Part shown: positions 58,521 through 64,000 of the stretch, one piece after another
How the letters are laid out: each line of letters opens with the position of its first letter
Position numbering within the stretch: the first letter of the stretch is position 1
Source: Aquirufa sp.
GTDB lineage: Bacteria; Bacteroidota; Bacteroidia; Cytophagales; Spirosomataceae
Direction: 5' to 3'
NCBI GenBank assembly: GCA_046073945.1
Contig: JBJTNH010000100.1
Span: 4,569-68,568 of the forward strand
DNA length: 64,000 nucleotides
The notes under the pieces: generated by a model
The model's input: only the letters and a program-made list of their open reading frames with translations
Databases searched by the model: none
Told to the model about the DNA's origin: nothing
Made by a program: the position numbers and the translations under genes

Positions 58521-59381
58521 ATTAAATTCCTTCGCAAATTGAAAAGGAGTTTTACTCGTAATTTTTTTAAATGCCTTATTGAAATTGGTGAAATTATTGA
58601 ATCCTGATTCGTAACAAATTTGGGTGACGAGTAATTTGTTTTCTTTGATCAATTTACAGGCATATTCTACGCGAATCTCATTCAAAAAGCTGATGTAGTT
58701 TTTCCGAGTTTTGGTTTTAAAATACCGACAAAAAGAAAGAGGACTTAAACTTACAACGCCTGCGATTTCATCGATGGTAATTTTTCTTTTGAAATGTTTT
58801 ACTGAATAATTATAAATTAAATTCAATCGGCCAGCTTCTTTTTCATTGGTAGTTGTTTCCAATAATCCAGATGATAAAAATTCAATTTCTTTGGAAGAGG
58901 ACAAAACATCTAAAATTTGAAATAATTGCAAAACCTGATTGGTATTTTCCGAATCTAAAATTTCATTCATTTTTTGAATGATCATTTTTTTTGTTCGCCC
59001 TAAAATTCGGACTCCTTTTTTCGATTCATCCATGATATTCGACACAAAACGATTCTCATGCAAATTCATAAATGCACTTCCAAAGAGTTCCGTATTAAAA
59101 TGAATTACCAAAGCTGATGCTTTCAAATTTTCATCTCCTTGAAAATAATTATCGTCGCTTCGTAAATAATGTGGGCAATTGGAGCCTATGAACAATAAAT
59201 CTCCATCTTGAAACCGCTGTATACTATCTCCAACAAATTGAGTACCCGTTCCTTTTTCAATTAATAACAATTCGTTCTCAGGATGGTAATGATACTTGTT
59301 AAAAAAGTAACTAACTATGTCGCGACGAACACTAAATGACCGTAATGGTTGGTTGGAAACTTTTAATAATTGTGCCTTCAT
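58518..59381 (-). CDS. AraC-family transcriptional regulator (cupin sensor + double HTH)
   Basis: HYHPE.EL, G.QFVGD..F, FCRYFK, R.EYAC.L and ICYESGFNN..NFNK.FKK. Divergent from the second susC. Confidence 0.94.
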   Translation of the reverse strand: MKAQLLKVSNQPLRSFSVRRDIVSYFFNKYHYHPENELLLIEKGTGTQFVGDSIQRFQDGDLLFIGSNCPHYLRSDDNYFQGDENLKASALVIHFNTELFGSAFMNLHENRFVSNIMDESKKGVRILGRTKKMIIQKMNEILDSENTNQVLQLFQILDVLSSSKEIEFLSSGLLETTTNEKEAGRLNLIYNYSVKHFKRKITIDEIAGVVSLSPLSFCRYFKTKTRKNYISFLNEIRVEYACKLIKENKLLVTQICYESGFNNFTNFNKAFKKITSKTPFQFAKEFN

Positions 59382-59546
59382 TGAATTAAATAAGTAGAAT
59401 ATTTAGTAGTAACACTACATATATGCCATAATAGTTATGCTATTTGGCAAATTTATTTAACTTTTCAATGCTTAAAATGTATTTTTTTGTTAAAATTTAT
59501 AAACCTATTTAGAAACCGTCTTTTTGTTAACCCAATTTATTTAATT

Positions 59547-62500
59547 ATGAAATTAACTTTTTACAAACAAATGCTTCGGCATTGCTTAGTTACAGTTGGC
59601 TTAATAGCGGGATGCTATTCGGTCACATTCGCTCAGTCTCGACTGATAACTGGAAAGGTGACTTCCAGTTCTGATGGCACAGAATTACCGGGTGTCAGTA
59701 TTACCTTAAAAGGTACCAGTAAAGGAACTTCGAGTAATATCTCAGGATCCTATTCGATTGAAGTTTCTGGCACAAACCCTGTGCTGGTTTTTTCATTTGT
59801 AGGATTTGAGAAAAAAGAAGTAAATGTTGGTTCACGTTCCGTGATAGACATTTCTTTGGCCAACTCGACTTCAGAACTTAATGAGGTTGTTGTTACTGCA
59901 TTGGGTATCAAACGTGAAGAAAAATCACTTGGATACTCTGTAGGAAAAGTTGCAGGAAAAGACCTAAGCCGTGTCGTTAATGAAAACGTTCTAAATTCAC
60001 TATCCGGTAAAGTGGCAGGCGTAAGCATTAATGCCACAGGAGGAACAGGATCTTCTGTCAGCATGATCATTCGTGGAGCAAAATCCTTGAGTAATGACAA
60101 CCAACCTTTATTTGTTATCGATGGCGTTCCAGTGATCAACTCATTGAATAACGTCAGTCAAATTGGTAATGATAACCGCGTGGATTATGGTAATGCCATT
60201 TCGGATTTGAATCCAGAAAACGTTGAAAGTGTTTCCGTTTTAAAAGGACCAAGTGCCGCGGCATTATATGGATCAAGAGCGGGTAACGGGGTTGTTTTGA
60301 TTACAACCAAAAATGGTGCGAAGGCAAAGAAAATGACGGTTAACATTACTTCCAATACCGTTTTTGATCAACCATACAAATTCCTGAAAATGCACTCTAA
60401 GTTTGCATCAGGTGTATTACCATTTACTCCTGACAACAATCCTTATCCAGGTGGAATTTTGAGCATCGAAGAAGGCTCTGCAGGAGGAATTGGACCGGAA
60501 TTAGATAAAGGTTATACTGCTATTCAATGGAATAGTCCAAAGGATGCCAACGGAAAGCAAATTCCAACTGAACTAAAGTCGTATGCAGACAATGTGAAGA
60601 ATTTTGTTCAAACAGGAATCACAACTACCAACGGAATTTCCATTTCAAACGGTAATGATGTGGCTAATTATAGAATGTCTTATTCTAATATGACAAGTAG
60701 AGGTATCATTCCAAATTCTGATTTATTCAAAAATTCATTGGCCATTGCATCTTCCTTCAAACTTTCTAATAAGATCAAATTAAGTACTAATATTGATGTA
60801 AGCAGAAACAGTTCGAATAATCGACCAGCGAATGAAAGAGGAACCAACCCATTACAATGGGCTTATGCAGTTTCTCCGCATATCAATATCATGGATTTAA
60901 AAAACTATTGGGTTCCAGGCCAAGAAGGTTTACAGCAAAAATCGCAAGCGATTGGTAGCTTCAATAACCCATGGTTCTTAGCCTATGAAGTAAATAACTC
61001 ATTTGTACGTGACCGTGGTTTTGGTAACATCAAGATGGATTATCAAATTACTCCAGAATTAAGCTTAATGGCTCGCTATTCATTGGATACTTATGGTGAG
61101 ACCAGAGAGACTAAAATCGCGAAATCGTATACGAGTGAAAAAAATGGTGCATACGGTATCATCAATTTAGATAGATATGAAAGAAACATTGATTTCTTAG
61201 CTACTTGGGCGAAAACAATTGGCGATTATTCTCTTTCTTTCTCAGCTGGAGGAAATGCTAGAAATTCAAGAACATCAGACGTGAACAATTCTTCAAAAGG
61301 TGGAACAGGTTTGATTATCCCTGGCTTATTTACACTTCAAAATATCGCAAATACTAATATCAACTATTCAAGCTATCAAACTAAAAAAGTGGTTTATAGT
61401 GGATACGGTATGGCGAACATTGGCTATAAAGATATGATTTATTTGGACTTGACCGCTCGTAACGATTGGTCTAGTACATTACCTGTTGAAAACAGATCAT
61501 ACTTCTATCCTTCTGCCTCTCTAAGTGTTTTATTGAATGAAATGTTCAACATCTCAAACAATAAAATTGATTTATTGAAAGTAAGAGCAGGCGTAGCGCA
61601 AGTAGGTAATGATACCAACCCATATGCATTAATTAACACTTTAGGTAATAATGAAGCATGGGGGTCTATCACACGTTTGAACAAACCAGGTTCCATTTTA
61701 TTACCAGACTTAAAGCCTGAAATTTCAACTTCTTATGATTTAGGAGCAGATTTAACCATGTATAAAAATCGTTTAAGATTCTCTGGAACGTACTATACAG
61801 TTGAAAATCGCAACCAAATTATACCAACAACATTGCCTTCATCAACAGGCTTTACATCAAAGAATATCAATGCTGGATTATTAGTCAGCAAAGGTATTGA
61901 ATTAACTGCAGGGGGTACTCCGATTGATAAAAATGGATGGAGATTGGATTTAACAGCCAATTTCTATAAAAACGAAACCACCATTAAAGAGCTTTCTGAA
62001 GGTTTAAACTTCTATACTTTATGGACAGATGCCAAAGGTGGCGCTTGGACTTACGTGGGAGACAAAATTGGAGATATCTATGATGCTGAAATTGTTACGG
62101 TAAAAGATCAAAATTCAAAATACTTTGGATATCCTATCTTAGATTCTGATGGTTCATGGCAATCAGTAAGTGCAAGTAATTCTAAAACAAAAATCGGTAA
62201 TTTCAATCCAGATTTTATTTTAGGCTTACAAACTTCTTTGAGCTACAAAAACTTTAGTTTAAACATGACATTCGACTGGAGAAGTGGTGGTGATTTCGTA
62301 TCACAAACTTACCGTTACAGTGAATCAGATTTAAAATCTCAACGTTTCTTGGATAATTTGATTAATCCAAATGGATTAACTGGAGATGCTCTTCGTAATT
62401 ACTTGGTAGCAAATCAAGATAAAATGATTCGTATCAATGGAAATGGTTATTTCCCAATTGTGGGTGGACCTACCAAAGAATACGGTGGATATCCATTTGA

Positions 62501-62942
62501 ATATGGTGGAAAGGTTTATCCAAATGGTGTATTTAATCCAGGGGTAATCGCCATTTATGATTCAAAAGGAAATATTACTGGATATGAAGAAAACTTAGGT
62601 GGACCTAATACGAGAATTTTACCTTATGGAGACAACTATCCTTGGAGCTTTACACGTGCAGCAACCTTTGATGCATCTTTCGTAAAATTGAGAGAAATCT
62701 CTTTAGGCTATGAATTCCCTAGCAATTTTGTGAAAAACTTAGGTTTACAAAGTGCGAACTTCTCTGTTTACAGCCGTAATATTATTTTATGGACTGCTTC
62801 TAAAATTGGAATTGACCCTGAAACCGCTTTCCAACCTCAAGCTGGAACGCAAGCAGGAACTCAATTCAAACAAGGAATTGAAAGATACAATGTTACACCT
62901 TGGGTTATTCCAGTTGGTTTCAAATTGGGTTTAACATTTTAA
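59547..62942 (+). CDS. SusC/RagA TonB-dependent transporter (second PUL)
   Basis: LNEVVVTALGIKRE, PLFVIDG, VLKGPSAAALYGSRAGNGVVLITTK, RNDWSSTLP, YFYPS and C-terminal F. ATG 59547 is preferred over TTG 59487. Confidence 0.96.
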   Translation: MKLTFYKQMLRHCLVTVGLIAGCYSVTFAQSRLITGKVTSSSDGTELPGVSITLKGTSKGTSSNISGSYSIEVSGTNPVLVFSFVGFEKKEVNVGSRSVIDISLANSTSELNEVVVTALGIKREEKSLGYSVGKVAGKDLSRVVNENVLNSLSGKVAGVSINATGGTGSSVSMIIRGAKSLSNDNQPLFVIDGVPVINSLNNVSQIGNDNRVDYGNAISDLNPENVESVSVLKGPSAAALYGSRAGNGVVLITTKNGAKAKKMTVNITSNTVFDQPYKFLKMHSKFASGVLPFTPDNNPYPGGILSIEEGSAGGIGPELDKGYTAIQWNSPKDANGKQIPTELKSYADNVKNFVQTGITTTNGISISNGNDVANYRMSYSNMTSRGIIPNSDLFKNSLAIASSFKLSNKIKLSTNIDVSRNSSNNRPANERGTNPLQWAYAVSPHINIMDLKNYWVPGQEGLQQKSQAIGSFNNPWFLAYEVNNSFVRDRGFGNIKMDYQITPELSLMARYSLDTYGETRETKIAKSYTSEKNGAYGIINLDRYERNIDFLATWAKTIGDYSLSFSAGGNARNSRTSDVNNSSKGGTGLIIPGLFTLQNIANTNINYSSYQTKKVVYSGYGMANIGYKDMIYLDLTARNDWSSTLPVENRSYFYPSASLSVLLNEMFNISNNKIDLLKVRAGVAQVGNDTNPYALINTLGNNEAWGSITRLNKPGSILLPDLKPEISTSYDLGADLTMYKNRLRFSGTYYTVENRNQIIPTTLPSSTGFTSKNINAGLLVSKGIELTAGGTPIDKNGWRLDLTANFYKNETTIKELSEGLNFYTLWTDAKGGAWTYVGDKIGDIYDAEIVTVKDQNSKYFGYPILDSDGSWQSVSASNSKTKIGNFNPDFILGLQTSLSYKNFSLNMTFDWRSGGDFVSQTYRYSESDLKSQRFLDNLINPNGLTGDALRNYLVANQDKMIRINGNGYFPIVGGPTKEYGGYPFEYGGKVYPNGVFNPGVIAIYDSKGNITGYEENLGGPNTRILPYGDNYPWSFTRAATFDASFVKLREISLGYEFPSNFVKNLGLQSANFSVYSRNIILWTASKIGIDPETAFQPQAGTQAGTQFKQGIERYNVTPWVIPVGFKLGLTF

Positions 62943-62968
62943 TCTAAGCACCTTAAAACATTAAAATC

Positions 62969-64000
62969 ATGAAAATTAGACTTATAAAAATTGTCGCTTT
63001 CACTTTGTTATCAGGAGCTTTTTTCTCTTGCGAGGACTTAACAACAGTGAACATTAACCCCAATGGCGTTCAGCCAGATGTGGTTAACCCGAATTTAATT
63101 CTCCCAACAGTATTAACTGAAATGTCTAAAAACTATGTCAATTTAGGCTATCAAGATATTGCTGGAGTAGTACAACATACCCAAAAAGATGCTTGGTCTT
63201 CTGGCCATAATGATTATGATTGGGGTGGAAATCAAAGCTGGACAGGTTATTACGATTTATTAAGAAATAATGACTTATTGTACAATCGTTCAGTTGCTTT
63301 AAATCTAGAATTTCACCAAGGAGTTGCCTTAATTAACAAAGCATTTCTTTTTGGATTAATCACTGACCTTTGGGGAGATGCACCTTATACAAATGCGTTA
63401 AAAGGTGAAACGGGAGGGGTTGCTAATATTCTTCCATCATACGATTCTCAAGAGGTAATTTATACTGGAATTTTAGCAGATTTAGATAAAGCAAATAAGT
63501 TATTATCTAAACAAAAAGCTGATTACTCAAATATTGTTGATAACCTTGATGTAATCTATGCAGGTGATCCTACTAAGTGGAGAAAAATGGCAAATTCATT
63601 GGCATTACGTTATTTCATGCGTATTTCAAGCAAAAAGCCTGATGTGGCAAAAGCGGGAATTGAAAATATCGTAAAAAATGCTGCTAACTATCCAATTATT
63701 ACAGCTAACTCTGATGATGCAACTATGGCTTTTCCAGGAACAAGTGATGGAACTTCTTGGCCTGCTAATGCAGTGTATGATGTCAGCGGTAGTAATTATA
63801 GACGTATCAAAATGGCTGCTACATTTGTCAAATACCTACAAGCTGTAAAAGATCCTCGTTTAGGTGTTTGGGCTGCAAAAGTTGAGATTCCTTTAGTCGT
63901 TGATGAAACATTACCAGCTAAAACAGATAAAATCATTGATGGAAAAAGATATTTGTCGCCAGATGTAGTTGGAAAAACGATGGTTGATACCAATCCAGAT
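62969..64000 (+). CDS. SusD/RagB-family lipoprotein (SusD-like_2), 3'-truncated and absent from the supplied ORF track
   Basis: Manual translation gives MKIRLIKIVAFTLLSGAFFSC-EDL...NINPN, TDLWGDAPY, YDSQE.IY, IYAGD..KW.K.ANSL.LR and DPRL. No stop was seen before the window end. Confidence 0.92.
   Translation, partial: MKIRLIKIVAFTLLSGAFFSCEDLTTVNINPNGVQPDVVNPNLILPTVLTEMSKNYVNLGYQDIAGVVQHTQKDAWSSGHNDYDWGGNQSWTGYYDLLRNNDLLYNRSVALNLEFHQGVALINKAFLFGLITDLWGDAPYTNALKGETGGVANILPSYDSQEVIYTGILADLDKANKLLSKQKADYSNIVDNLDVIYAGDPTKWRKMANSLALRYFMRISSKKPDVAKAGIENIVKNAANYPIITANSDDATMAFPGTSDGTSWPANAVYDVSGSNYRRIKMAATFVKYLQAVKDPRLGVWAAKVEIPLVVDETLPAKTDKIIDGKRYLSPDVVGKTMVDTNPD

Noticed and set aside
63796-63993. 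65-aa minus-strand ORF at the window end
   Set aside because: It is antisense to the SusD gene that starts at 62969 and runs off the window.

Overview
AT-rich Bacteroidota chromosome segment. The Cytophagales-like assignment is an inference from SusC/SusD pairs, TAnnTTTG promoter boxes and SD-less A-rich start regions. The left part (1-26.5 kb) is mostly housekeeping: a partial GH130, a VOC protein, DUF4954, an M28 peptidase, gcvP, a fadN-like/thiolase pair, 5-formyl-THF cyclo-ligase, asd and pdxJ. It also holds an isolated Xre-RES toxin-antitoxin pair and a two-component system next to a CzcCBA-like RND efflux operon with an OprB-type porin gene inside it. The main candidate for an undescribed system is a 27 kb, 17-gene minus-strand carbohydrate locus (26541-53440). 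It has a SusC/SusD pair but no recognisable glycoside hydrolase or kinase. Instead it encodes three exported beta-propeller/HEAT/CxxCH cytochrome proteins, DUF1080, a ThuA-like protein, a Gfo/Idh/MocA dehydrogenase, two TIM-barrel epimerase/eliminase-type enzymes, a PMI-like cupin, DUF4432, a PqaA hydrolase and a monosaccharide ABC importer. This fits a redox (keto-sugar) route rather than a hydrolytic one. Divergent from it is a non-canonical sialidase-fold/SSS/aldolase operon, followed by AraC and a second SusC/SusD pair. Many gene ends carry 7-nt tandem repeats that contain stop codons and form long inverted repeats between convergent genes. No tRNA, rRNA, CRISPR array or transposase was seen. 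All family calls come from motif recognition by eye, not from database searches.
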